Source of the DNA: a virus | DNA: 45,048 bases | Virus record (IMG/VR): IMGVR_UViG_3300045988_083207 | Reading direction: 5' to 3' (one strand) | Part shown: positions 34,091-42,299 of the stretch, piece by piece | How positions within the stretch are numbered: position 1 is the stretch's first letter | Layout of the letters: every line of letters begins with the position of its first letter | The notes under the pieces: model-generated | What the model saw: only the letters and a program-made list of their open reading frames with translations | Databases searched by the model: none | What the model was told of the DNA's origin: nothing | Made by a program: the position numbers and the translations under genes

Positions 34091-34492
34091 TCATTCCTCC
34101 GTTTCTGGTATCTCAATATACTGCCATGACATGGGCGGGTGTTTCAGCCCAAACTCCGCCAGCGGTCTTGGTTCATCGAATTTTTCCGGGTTTTCCACGA
34201 TCCAGGCGCACACGCTTTTCCCCGGTCCTCCGGCGTAGTCTACCAGATCTCCCATTGGTATGCAGGCCCTCCTTTGCAGTCCGGCCAGCAGGTTGGTTTT
34301 TACGTATCCTGGACAGCGGAATTTCCCCTGCACCCCTCCGGTCCCGCTTACATACACCAATACCAGCACAGGCCACGGCTCCGGCTCTCCCGCTCCGCCC
34401 TGCGGCGCCGTCTTTCTGATCTCCATGTCCTTTTCTCCGGTCAGGATCTTCTCCCACCATTCCGGTTTCAGGCTCAAAAGCACGGCTTTCAT
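34091..34492 (-). CDS. ASCH-domain protein
   Basis: MKAVLLSLKPEWWEKILTGEKDMEIRK. ATGA overlap with the upstream gene. Confidence 0.6.
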   Translation of the reverse strand: MKAVLLSLKPEWWEKILTGEKDMEIRKTAPQGGAGEPEPWPVLVLVYVSGTGGVQGKFRCPGYVKTNLLAGLQRRACIPMGDLVDYAGGPGKSVCAWIVENPEKFDEPRPLAEFGLKHPPMSWQYIEIPETEE

Positions 34493-34746
34493 TTTTCCTG
34501 CCCTCCCGGCACCGCGATAAAACGGCATTTATCCGTGGCGAACTCCGCCACATAGTTCAGGGCCAGCGCGGCCAGGGAAATGTCCGCCATGAGATCGTCC
34601 GCGTCCTCTTTACCTCTCCCGTCCCTGTTTTGTGCCAGCAGGTTGCGGGCCAGCACATTTCCCAGGTCGGTCAAATTTCTGGCCGCTTCTTGCCACCGCT
34701 CTTTCGGCAGGGATTGTCCGATTTCCACGTTGATGATCTTTCCCAT
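34489..34746 (-). CDS. Hypothetical protein (85 aa)
   Basis: Coupled ORF. Confidence 0.45.
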   Translation of the reverse strand: MGKIINVEIGQSLPKERWQEAARNLTDLGNVLARNLLAQNRDGRGKEDADDLMADISLAALALNYVAEFATDKCRFIAVPGGQEK

Positions 34747-34749
34747 GGC

Positions 34750-35490
34750 TCACACCTCCCAGGGGGACGCGGAGGGCGGGAGATCCTGGAAGTGCGCCCG
34801 CAGGTTGTCTTTGTAGAAAACCGGGATCTCGTTCTCCGCGCAAAATTCCGCGATCTGGTCCACCCACTCCCTGCGCGGCGTCACCTTGTCCGGCCGGCTC
34901 CCGGTTTCCGCCCCCAGGATCACCCACTGGGGCAGGCCCTCCGCCGCGCTCATATCCACCGGCCCCAGCAGCGGTTCCATGCTCCAAAACGTGTTGATAT
35001 TCACCCACGGCATGGGGTACATGGCCGCCGCGTCCTCATTGGCCACCGTTGACCCATACCAGAAATTTTCCGCGTGGGGGAGGAGCGCCACCTGATCCAG
35101 TTCCAGGTATCGAGCGGGGTTTTTCGTCAAAAACAGGTATCGGTGCTGCGGCGCCCTCTGGCAGGCGTCCAGAACGTCCCGGATCCATTCCGTCGGCACC
35201 CAGCGTCCGAACAGGTCCGCCATGCTGCACACAAAGACGGTTCGCCCCTCTTTCTTCCGCTCCGGCTGGTTCAGCCGGTAGCGGTGCAGGGTAGGCTCGA
35301 ACCCATAGGGGTACGGCGTGGCCTTGATCTTGCTCTCCAGGACGTGGAGGCCGCCCACGGTTCCCTTGTCCTCCAGGCCCGCGTCAAATCGGTGCGCGGT
35401 CCGTCTGGCGTAGCAGTACGGGCACCCATGGCGGCACCCCGTGACGGGGTTCCATGACATTTCCGCCCAGTCAATTTTCGTTTCGTTCAT
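34750..35490 (-). CDS. Phage Gp37/Gp68 (DUF5131) family protein
   Basis: IDWAEMSWNPVTGCRHGCPYCYA (CX3CX2C) ... VFVCSMADLF. Confidence 0.7.
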   Translation of the reverse strand: MNETKIDWAEMSWNPVTGCRHGCPYCYARRTAHRFDAGLEDKGTVGGLHVLESKIKATPYPYGFEPTLHRYRLNQPERKKEGRTVFVCSMADLFGRWVPTEWIRDVLDACQRAPQHRYLFLTKNPARYLELDQVALLPHAENFWYGSTVANEDAAAMYPMPWVNINTFWSMEPLLGPVDMSAAEGLPQWVILGAETGSRPDKVTPRREWVDQIAEFCAENEIPVFYKDNLRAHFQDLPPSASPWEV

Positions 35491-35674
35491 GGCGCTTTCC
35501 TCCGTTCATCATCAGCAGTCTATCCCTTACAAGGTCGTCAATCACACGGCCCCGCTCCCGGTATCCCATTTCTTTGGCCAGCCTTTCCAGGTTGTAGTCC
35601 GTTTGCGCCGTTACTACCTCGGAGATCCGGCGCAGGTTCTTTTTGTTCCATTTCCCGGCCTGCCTGTTTTTCAT
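35471..35674 (-). CDS. Small hypothetical protein (67 aa)
   Basis: ATG 35674 overlaps the methylase stop (ATGA). Confidence 0.45.
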   Translation of the reverse strand: MKNRQAGKWNKKNLRRISEVVTAQTDYNLERLAKEMGYRERGRVIDDLVRDRLLMMNGGKRHERNEN

Positions 35675-37596
35675 ACCGCCACCGCCTTTTCCAGTTCCTC
35701 CATGGTGCTGATCTCCTGGCTGCACCACTCCGGCAGGTTTGCCCGCACCAGGGCGGTGGCGAACGGCGGCGGGACCGCATTTCCGCACCTGGCCACCTGC
35801 TTGGTTTTTGGGTACACCGTCCCGGTATAGTCCCGCTCGATCTTGTAGTCCACCGGGAACCCGTTGGCCATATACAATTCCCTGGGGGTCAGCATACGCA
35901 GGCCAATGTCTGCCAGGAAATAGGCCGCGCCGTCGATTTCAAACAGGATCACGTCCTCCGGCCCCAGTTTATACCCGCAGTAGGTGTTCAGCAGGTCCCG
36001 GATCTCCGGCCAGTGTCCCAGTTCCGCGCCCGGCTCCGCCCTTGCCACCACGGTGGTGACGACGCCGAAGTGTCCGCCGCCGGCCGTGATGGTCTGCACC
36101 GGCTCCGACATGGGGCCGCCCAGGTTTGTCCCCTTCATTTTGACCATGTGCGTGGCCACAAGGCCCTGGTGGTCGTTCCCCAGTGTCGTGGCCGCAGGCT
36201 CTCCGGCCCTTGTCCCAATGCTGGCGCCGTGGTACTCCGTTATGTGTGCCGCCAGGACGGCCTCCCGGTCTTTCGCCGTCACCGTATGGAGCGGATCCCC
36301 AATTCCTTGGCCGTGTTGGTCGCTCCCGTAGTATTTGACCAGGCTGGCCGCCGCCAGTCCGTAGCGGTTGGAGGCATCAATGGTCATAAGCGGGTCCGCC
36401 ACGCCCTGGCCCCGTACCCTCTCCGTCTGCTCCGTGTGGTATTGGATCAGCGCCGGCGCCACCACGCACTCCTCCGCCTTGGAAACTTGGGTGTGCGTCG
36501 GCTCCGTGATTTTCCGCCCCCGCTCACCGCCGCCGGTTTGCCCTATGGCCGCCAGCGTCGGGGTGATCACCATTTGATGGCCGCCCGCTCCGCTGCTTGT
36601 GATCGTGTTCACCGGCTCCGTGATCCCTGTCCCGGTCGCGTTCTCGTTGTTGTGCATGGTCAGCGGCGCCATGACGGGGGAGGCGACGCCATACCCATGC
36701 TTTGCTGTCACCGTCTGGAGCGGCGCGGCGGCGTCCTGCCCCCGGAAGTCGCCCGCGTGGTTTACCACCACCAGGAACGGCTCCGGGTTCTTTATGGCGA
36801 ACTTGTCCACGCCCCTGATCACCCGCCGCATGGTGTTGGGCCGGAGTGGCCGCTTGGCGGAAAGGCCGTATTTCTCCCGGATCTGCTCCCGCGTGTCAAA
36901 AATGGAGGGGCAGGGGAGGGACCAGTCTATGATTTCCGCCGCGCTCCGCCACGGCTTTTTCCTGCCCTCCAGCGCCTCCAGGCTGTCCGCCGGCGCGTGT
37001 GTCGACTCCGTCCACACAATGGGCGCACCGTCGCACCTGGCCACCAGGAAGAACCTTTTTCGCGTTGTGGGCGCTCCGTAGTCCGCCGCCACCAGTTCCC
37101 GCCATTCTACGGCATACCCCAGGGCCTGCAGTTGGGAAAGCCACTTGTGGAAGGTCTGTCCGGCTTTTGATTTCACGGGTCGCCCCCGGCGCACCGGCCC
37201 CCATGTCTGGAACTCCTCCACGTTCTCCAGGATGATCACCCGGGGCCGCACGGTTCCGGCCCACCGCAGTACGATCCAGGCCAGGCCCCTTATGTTCTTG
37301 TCCACCGGCTTTCCGCCCTTTGCTTTGGAAAAATGTTTGCAGTCGGGAGAGAACCACGCCAGCCCCACCGGGCGCCCCTTTGCCACCTCGCACGGGTCCA
37401 CGTCCCACACGCTTGCCTGGTAATGCTCCGTAAACGGGTGGTTCGTCTTGTGCATGAGTATGGCGTCCGGGTCGTGGTTGATGGCTATGGTCACAGGCCG
37501 CCCCGTCGCCAGTTCGATCCCCGTAGACGCCCCGCCGCCGCCGGCGAAGTTGTCCACGATGATCTCCTCCAGGAGGTTGATCTGCGCCCCGCTCAT
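35671..37596 (-). CDS. DNA (cytosine-5) methyltransferase with seven tandem TRD-like modules
   Basis: 641 aa. Motif I DNFAGGGG, IV SPDCKHFS, VI ENVEEF, VIII APTTRKRFF, IX RMLTPRELYMANGFP, X CGNAVPP. Repeats lie at aa 289-520. Confidence 0.85.
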   Translation of the reverse strand: MSGAQINLLEEIIVDNFAGGGGASTGIELATGRPVTIAINHDPDAILMHKTNHPFTEHYQASVWDVDPCEVAKGRPVGLAWFSPDCKHFSKAKGGKPVDKNIRGLAWIVLRWAGTVRPRVIILENVEEFQTWGPVRRGRPVKSKAGQTFHKWLSQLQALGYAVEWRELVAADYGAPTTRKRFFLVARCDGAPIVWTESTHAPADSLEALEGRKKPWRSAAEIIDWSLPCPSIFDTREQIREKYGLSAKRPLRPNTMRRVIRGVDKFAIKNPEPFLVVVNHAGDFRGQDAAAPLQTVTAKHGYGVASPVMAPLTMHNNENATGTGITEPVNTITSSGAGGHQMVITPTLAAIGQTGGGERGRKITEPTHTQVSKAEECVVAPALIQYHTEQTERVRGQGVADPLMTIDASNRYGLAAASLVKYYGSDQHGQGIGDPLHTVTAKDREAVLAAHITEYHGASIGTRAGEPAATTLGNDHQGLVATHMVKMKGTNLGGPMSEPVQTITAGGGHFGVVTTVVARAEPGAELGHWPEIRDLLNTYCGYKLGPEDVILFEIDGAAYFLADIGLRMLTPRELYMANGFPVDYKIERDYTGTVYPKTKQVARCGNAVPPPFATALVRANLPEWCSQEISTMEELEKAVAV

Positions 37597-37967
37597 TCCC
37601 TCGCCGCCTCTCTTAATGCGTTCACATACTTTTCCGCGTTTTCCTTTGCCCTGCAGTACGGGCAATTCGCGCCCCATTCTCTGCGGAAAACGCCCCCACA
37701 TTTTCCACACACCAGGGTGTCGTCCACTTCTCTGGCCAATCGTTCCATGAACCCCCGCAGTTCCATGGCCCAGTCTATGTATAACTCCCTGGCGTAAATG
37801 TTGGTTGCCAGTTCCTCCGCCATTTCCATGGCCTCCCGTCGCGGGACCAGGATCGCGTGGTTTTCTGTTGTCCGTTTTCCCGGTTCCACCCATCCGGCCC
37901 GCTTGGCTCTCATGTATTCCCGCGCTTTTGCGCGGGCCTCTTTGTAGCCTTTCAAAAAGTCTTTCAC
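37593..37967 (-). CDS. Hypothetical protein with a C-terminal zinc ribbon
   Basis: GTG 37967 after GGGAGGG. CGKCGG...CPYC. Confidence 0.45.
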   Translation of the reverse strand: MKDFLKGYKEARAKAREYMRAKRAGWVEPGKRTTENHAILVPRREAMEMAEELATNIYARELYIDWAMELRGFMERLAREVDDTLVCGKCGGVFRREWGANCPYCRAKENAEKYVNALREAARE

Positions 37968-38266
37968 CGCGTTTTCCCTCCCATCATGTCCAGGTACAGG
38001 GCGCAGTCTTTTCCAATCCTCTGGCAGTACGTCCATTCCACCATGGCGCCCCGGCTCTCCCGGTAGTCCGGCAGGAACACGGCCAGATCCGCCGCGTCCA
38101 CCATGGCCATGCAGATCCGCATATAGTCCGCATCGGCCAGGCCGTCCGGCAGCGTGGCCGGGTTCAGGACCACGTGGCCCGCCTCCTCCAGGGCCTTGGC
38201 GGCCTCCCGGAACTTTGCCCTATACCGCCGATCCCCGGTGATCTTTCCGGCTATGTAAACTTTCAT
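37964..38266 (-). CDS. DUF4406 / nucleoside 2-deoxyribosyltransferase-like protein
   Basis: MKVYIAGKITGDRRYRAKFREAAKALEEAGHVVLNPA. AGGAGG RBS. Confidence 0.6.
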   Translation of the reverse strand: MKVYIAGKITGDRRYRAKFREAAKALEEAGHVVLNPATLPDGLADADYMRICMAMVDAADLAVFLPDYRESRGAMVEWTYCQRIGKDCALYLDMMGGKTR

Positions 38267-38277
38267 CGGCTTGCCTC

Positions 38278-39027
38278 CTATTCGTTGAAAACCTCGAAAT
38301 ATTCCTGGTACGGGTAGCCCGTCATTTCGTGCCACCCGGCCCTGCAGGTTGCCCCGTCGTCGAACTTATACAGCACCGCGCCCTTTCGCGCTTTCGGCTC
38401 CTTCCTCCAGGAGGAGGAGGAAACCACCTTGTAGGTGATCACCGGCTTGTCCATGTTTTGTGTCTTGCTGTACCGCTTTCCCCGTTTCCCGATCTCCCGG
38501 TACTTCTCCATGGTGGACCGGCTTTCCTTCATCAGGTAGGCCGCCAGTTTGGCGTGGTTCCCCCGGCGGTCCAGCGGCTTGAAACTGATACCCCCGCCGC
38601 CCCTGGGGACTTCCTCCCAGGCGTCCCCGATGATCTCCGGGTCCATCCGGCTTATGATCACGTGAATGTGAGGGTTCGTCATGCGCTTGGTTTCTATCAC
38701 CACCACGGCCTTGTACTTGATCCCCTTTTTCCTGCAGGCTTTCCGCAGGTTGGCCAGGAATGTGGCCTTGTCCTCCAGGATCTCCTCAAAGGTCGTGTCC
38801 TTGGCGTAGTAGTGCAGGACGGCGTGGAGATCCCGGCGGTCAAAGTTGGCGTTCAGATCCCAGCGCAGGTGTTCCTCCGCCACCCGCTCGTTGATCCGGG
38901 CTTGCTTTTCCGTGGTCGTCCCTTTGTTGGGGCCGCGCTGGACCCCCTTGGTGTGGACCCGGAAGGATTGCATTTTCCTATGTTCGACGGTCCGGCCAGC
39001 CTGCACCATCCTGTGTACGTATGGCAT
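38278..39027 (-). CDS. Putative HUH-type rolling-circle replication initiator
   Basis: 249 aa. YKAVVVIETKRMTNPHIHVIISR (HUH-like). AAGGAGGGG RBS at ATG 39027. Confidence 0.4.
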   Translation of the reverse strand: MPYVHRMVQAGRTVEHRKMQSFRVHTKGVQRGPNKGTTTEKQARINERVAEEHLRWDLNANFDRRDLHAVLHYYAKDTTFEEILEDKATFLANLRKACRKKGIKYKAVVVIETKRMTNPHIHVIISRMDPEIIGDAWEEVPRGGGGISFKPLDRRGNHAKLAAYLMKESRSTMEKYREIGKRGKRYSKTQNMDKPVITYKVVSSSSWRKEPKARKGAVLYKFDDGATCRAGWHEMTGYPYQEYFEVFNE

Positions 39028-39113
39028 GGTGCCCCCTCCTTTTCGGGTGCTGGTCACTTTACTAATGCCTCTTACCGGCGCTTACGGGGCCATGGCCCCG
39101 CTGATTTTTCCCG

Positions 39114-39142
39114 TTGCGAACCGCCCGGAGAACTGATATAAT
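39114..39142 (+). promoter_or_regulatory. Predicted strong plus-strand promoter
   Basis: -35 TTGCGA (39114..39119), 17-nt spacer, extended -10 TGaTATAAT (39134..39142). Confidence 0.5.
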
Positions 39143-39148
39143 ATAGGT

Positions 39149-39225
39149 ATCCCGGACGGTTTTTCCGTCGCTTATATTGCCACCTGCGCCGTGTTGTCAG
39201 CACCAGGCGCAGGTGGCTTTCTTTT
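39149..39225 (+). ncRNA. Candidate antisense small RNA of about 75 nt, opposite the leader of the Rep-like gene
   Basis: The promoter above is followed by hairpin gacgg-ttttt-ccgtc. A 12-bp terminator stem gccacctgcgcc / ggcgcaggtggc and tttctttt then follow. There is no plus-strand ORF here. Confidence 0.35.
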
Positions 39226-39457
39226 ATGATAGAAAATCCTTGGCCAGTTCCAGCAGTTCCGCCGCGTGTTCCTGGTCCACGATCTTGACCTTTCCGGGCC
39301 GTTTCGGGTCTGCCTCTATGGCCCAGCAGGCTTTATTTGCCAGCATTTCCCATTTCCTGCTCCATGCGTCCATTTCCGATCTGTAATGGCTCTTGTCTTT
39401 TCTCCAGGCCATGAACTCCTGGAACTCCTCCGCCGTCATGGTCACGGTCACGTCCAT
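39224..39457 (-). CDS. Hypothetical protein (77 aa)
   Basis: GGAAGGAGG RBS. Confidence 0.5.
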   Translation of the reverse strand: MDVTVTMTAEEFQEFMAWRKDKSHYRSEMDAWSRKWEMLANKACWAIEADPKRPGKVKIVDQEHAAELLELAKDFLS

Positions 39458-39469
39458 GGTTTCCTCCTT

Positions 39470-39489
39470 CCCGCCGCTTTCGCGGCCGG
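39470..39489 (-). other. Hairpin downstream of VR2 (GAAA loop on the coding strand)
   Basis: Plus strand reads ccc gccgc tttc gcggc cgg. Lies about 20 nt after the stop of target 2. Confidence 0.55.
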
Positions 39490-39508
39490 ATAATTTCGGA
39501 TTTTCGGA

Positions 39509-39808
39509 TTAGATGTCAAAGCCGGGGGCCACGGCCCAGGAATAGCTCGCGTTGCTGTCGCTGGCGCTGCCGTCGGTGTAGACACGGCAGAAATGGTAGG
39601 TGTCCGTCGCATAGACGGACCGGCACCACGCACAGGCCGCCGCGTTCATAATCGCCGCCAGGTTTGATATGTGCGGCACTACGACGGATCCGTGGTCCGG
39701 GTGCGTGACCCTTGATTTCCCCGGGACGTTCCACCGATGGAACCGCGCCCGCTCCTCTGCGCTGCGTCTTGCCTGGTTCGGTCCGTCGGTGAAGTTAAAC
39801 GGCCTCAA
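39509..39808 (-). CDS. DGR target 2: small ORF ending in a lectin-type variable region
   Basis: Ends AACAWCRSVYATDTYHFCRVYTDGSASDSNASYSWAVAPGFDI*. The likely TTG start overlaps the upstream stop (TTGA). ATG 39886 is an alternative start. Confidence 0.55.
   Translation of the reverse strand: MRPFNFTDGPNQARRSAEERARFHRWNVPGKSRVTHPDHGSVVVPHISNLAAIMNAAACAWCRSVYATDTYHFCRVYTDGSASDSNASYSWAVAPGFDI
39518..39643 (-). repeat. DGR variable repeat 2 (VR2)
   Basis: Collinear with the TR. 14 differences at TR-adenine sites, plus the same single non-adenine site (39585) seen in VR1. An IMH-like flank from 39505 is shared with VR1. Confidence 0.8.
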
Positions 39809-40707
39809 CCCACCACCGCCTCCCAGCGGGCCATGGCCTCCATGACCTTCTCGCTGTGTTCGGTGGATGTTACGCCATTCTCCCACGCCCGTTCCGCTCC
39901 GGCGTTCCCCATGTTGTAGGCCATGACGGCCTTTTCCGTGTCGCCATAATTGACCAGGTGGGCGCCCAGGAGGTACACGCCGCAGACGATATTCCCGGCC
40001 GGTGTCGTCGGGTCCTGGTTCGTTTCCGCCTCCAGGTTGATCCAGTATGTATTCTCCGGTCCTGGATTTAACTGCATGATCCCAACCTCTCCGGCGGAAC
40101 CCACGGCGTCCATGTCAAAATGGCTTTCTACCTCCGCCACGGCCAGCGCCAGGGGATAGGGGCACCCGTATTCCTCGCAGGCTGTTCTCATAATGTCCTG
40201 CAGGTCGTAGGAAAGGGGAACGGCGTCTGAAAGGTATCCCTGGGCCAGCAGGGCCTCCTCGATCTTTTCCGCCTCCATGGGATCCTCTCCGATGGTCGGC
40301 GTCACGAACACGACGGGATCCACGGCCGTGGCCTCTTTCCCCGGTTCATTCTCTTGCGCCGTGCAGGCCGTTGCGATTGCCCACACGATGGCAAGCAGCA
40401 GGACGGCCGCGCAGGCCAGGGTGATGATCCGGCGCCTGGCCAACTCCCGCCGGCGGCGCTCATTCCTCTTGTGGCGCTCCACTTTCTTCTGCTCCTCCGC
40501 CGCCCTCTCTGCGGCCGCGTTCTCCGCCTGCAGGTTCGCCCACATTCTCGCGGCCTCCCGGCGCTTTTTTGCCTCCGCCGCCAGATCCTCCCGGCGGTGT
40601 CTGGCCTCCATGGCTCCGATCCGGCGTTTCAGGTCGTCCACGTCCTCCACCACGCCCTTGTACTGGTCCATGGCCCGGCGGTACTCTTTCGCTTTCCTCT
40701 GGCTCAC
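39805..40707 (-). CDS. Membrane-anchored lytic transglycosylase (SLT domain)
   Basis: GTG 40707 (GTGA overlap, GGGAGGAGG RBS). Coiled coil, TM segment IITLACAAVLLLAIVWAIA, then LALAVAEVESHFDMDAVGSAGEVGIMQLNP ... AYNMG. Confidence 0.75.
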   Translation of the reverse strand: MSQRKAKEYRRAMDQYKGVVEDVDDLKRRIGAMEARHRREDLAAEAKKRREAARMWANLQAENAAAERAAEEQKKVERHKRNERRRRELARRRIITLACAAVLLLAIVWAIATACTAQENEPGKEATAVDPVVFVTPTIGEDPMEAEKIEEALLAQGYLSDAVPLSYDLQDIMRTACEEYGCPYPLALAVAEVESHFDMDAVGSAGEVGIMQLNPGPENTYWINLEAETNQDPTTPAGNIVCGVYLLGAHLVNYGDTEKAVMAYNMGNAGAERAWENGVTSTEHSEKVMEAMARWEAVVG

Positions 40708-40883
40708 TTCTTTGCGCCTCCTCCCGTGAAAAACTTCCGCTTGACCTCGTAGGGCAGGCCGAACCGCCGGCGGCCGCACTTGTCGCAGGTGATCTTCTCG
40801 GACCGGCCCGGCAACTGCTTGACCTCCCGATCCCGCCGGGCGGCGGTCGCCACCGCGCACGGCTTGCAAAGGTTCTTTTTCAT
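40704..40883 (-). CDS. Small zinc-ribbon protein (59 aa)
   Basis: CKPC...CDKC. Confidence 0.5.
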   Translation of the reverse strand: MKKNLCKPCAVATAARRDREVKQLPGRSEKITCDKCGRRRFGLPYEVKRKFFTGGGAKK

Positions 40884-41497
40884 TCCTCCGGCTCCTCCCG
40901 CTCGTCCACGAAGGTGGCGCACATATCCGCCTGCTGGAGGCGCCACACCCACGGCGACATTTCCATGGCCGCGCCCATGTCCCTGGCGCCGCCCTTCACC
41001 GCGCTGTCATAGGCTCCCATGTGCCAGCGGATGGCCAGCGCCTCCTCCGGTTCCAGATCCATGTGCCGCTGGATCAGGTACAGGCTCTTTTCTCCGTGCC
41101 CCAGCGGGAGAGGATCCCGGAACACATACGCCTGGTAGTCCTCCCAAAACCCGGTGGCCTGGTTCTTCCGCCGTTTGGTTTCGGTGTGGTACACGCCCAC
41201 CTTGCAAACGTCGTGCAACAGTCCCAGGATCGCCACCGTTTCCTCCACGCCCTCCGCCAGTTCGGGCGCCAGGGTGGTCCCGTAGGTTTCCAGGACGGTG
41301 ATCTGCCGCAGTCGGCGGTACACGTTCAGGGAGTGTTCTACCAGCCCGCCGGGGTGCGCCCCGTGGTGCTTGGTGGAGGCCGGCGCCTCGAAAAAGTCCG
41401 TTTCCCGCTCCAACCACTCCAGCATGGCGTCCGCATAGTCCCTCTGGACCCGCTCGGTCCAGATCTGCATAAATTCCGCTTTTGCTCTTTCGTTCAT
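40880..41497 (-). CDS. HD-domain phosphohydrolase
   Basis: STKHHGAHPGGLVEHS...LLHDVCK. Confidence 0.7.
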   Translation of the reverse strand: MNERAKAEFMQIWTERVQRDYADAMLEWLERETDFFEAPASTKHHGAHPGGLVEHSLNVYRRLRQITVLETYGTTLAPELAEGVEETVAILGLLHDVCKVGVYHTETKRRKNQATGFWEDYQAYVFRDPLPLGHGEKSLYLIQRHMDLEPEEALAIRWHMGAYDSAVKGGARDMGAAMEMSPWVWRLQQADMCATFVDEREEPEE

Positions 41498-41709
41498 ACT
41501 GCTACCCCCTGAAAACTTTCTTTGATGATCTTCCCGCGCACCTCAAAGGCCACGGTGTGGAAATTCCCACGCGGGTGGATGTACTCGACTATCCCCCGCA
41601 TGGGGCGGTGTATGTTCTTCCCGCCGTCGTCCGTTCCGTAGATCGTCTGCGGCGTTCTGACTACCTCCATACCCACCCGCAGGCGGGTGGTCCGTTTCTT
41701 TTGTGCCAC
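41494..41709 (-). CDS. Hypothetical protein (71 aa)
   Basis: Coupled ORF. Confidence 0.45.
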   Translation of the reverse strand: MAQKKRTTRLRVGMEVVRTPQTIYGTDDGGKNIHRPMRGIVEYIHPRGNFHTVAFEVRGKIIKESFQGVAV

Positions 41710-41718
41710 GTCGTCCTC

Positions 41719-42299
41719 CTATTCCTCCGGGGCCTCATTTCCCCAGGCGTCCCACCCCTGGGCGCGGTCCCGGGCGAACATTTCCAGCCGGGGAACGTCC
41801 CCCAGCAGTTCCACGATCCGCCGGCGCGTTTCGGATGGCTTTTTGCTGTGCCCCTCAAAAGGGGCCTCGATCACCTGGTGGACCCGGTGGCTGCGGATCT
41901 GGTCTTTTGCTCGGAACCCAGGAGAAACGCCCAGCAGGCACACCTCCGCGTTTGCGCGGGTGTATGCGCCCATTCCCCAAAAGTTCCCGCCGCTCCGGCG
42001 GTTCTTCTTGATCCACACGAAAGCGGCCGTTTTGTAGGTGAACCCCCACGCCTCCATGACCTTGACGGCCTCGGTGATGTTTGGGAAAGTTGCCCACATG
42101 AAACAGGCTGCCCCCCCCCGCAGATTTTCTTCACCGGCAATTTGCATATATCCTCGGTGGTCATGGTGGGGTAATGGGCCTTTGCCGTTCCTCTGCTGCC
42201 CTTTGCTCCTCCGCTCTGGCGGTACTCCCACGGTGGATCCGCGTAAATCACCGTGTACTGCCGATCAGGTAGCGGGAGAAAGTCCGCCATTGTCGCCAC
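41719..42299 (-). pseudogene. MT-A70-family N6-adenine DNA methyltransferase split by a frameshift in a G9 tract
   Basis: The N-terminal frame has VIYADPPWEYRQ...HYPTMTTEDICKLPVKKI. The C-terminal frame has FMWATFPNITEAVKVMEAWGFTYKTAAFVWIKK... The frames meet at the C9/G9 run 42111..42119. G10 or G7 would restore a single ORF. Confidence 0.8.

Noticed and set aside
39805-39886. A -1 frameshift fusing the SLT transglycosylase to the VR2-containing ORF
   Set aside because: The frames are in a -1 relationship and overlap by about 80 nt. However, no X_XXY_YYZ slippery heptamer or homopolymer is present in the overlap. A TTGA stop/start overlap is the simpler reading.
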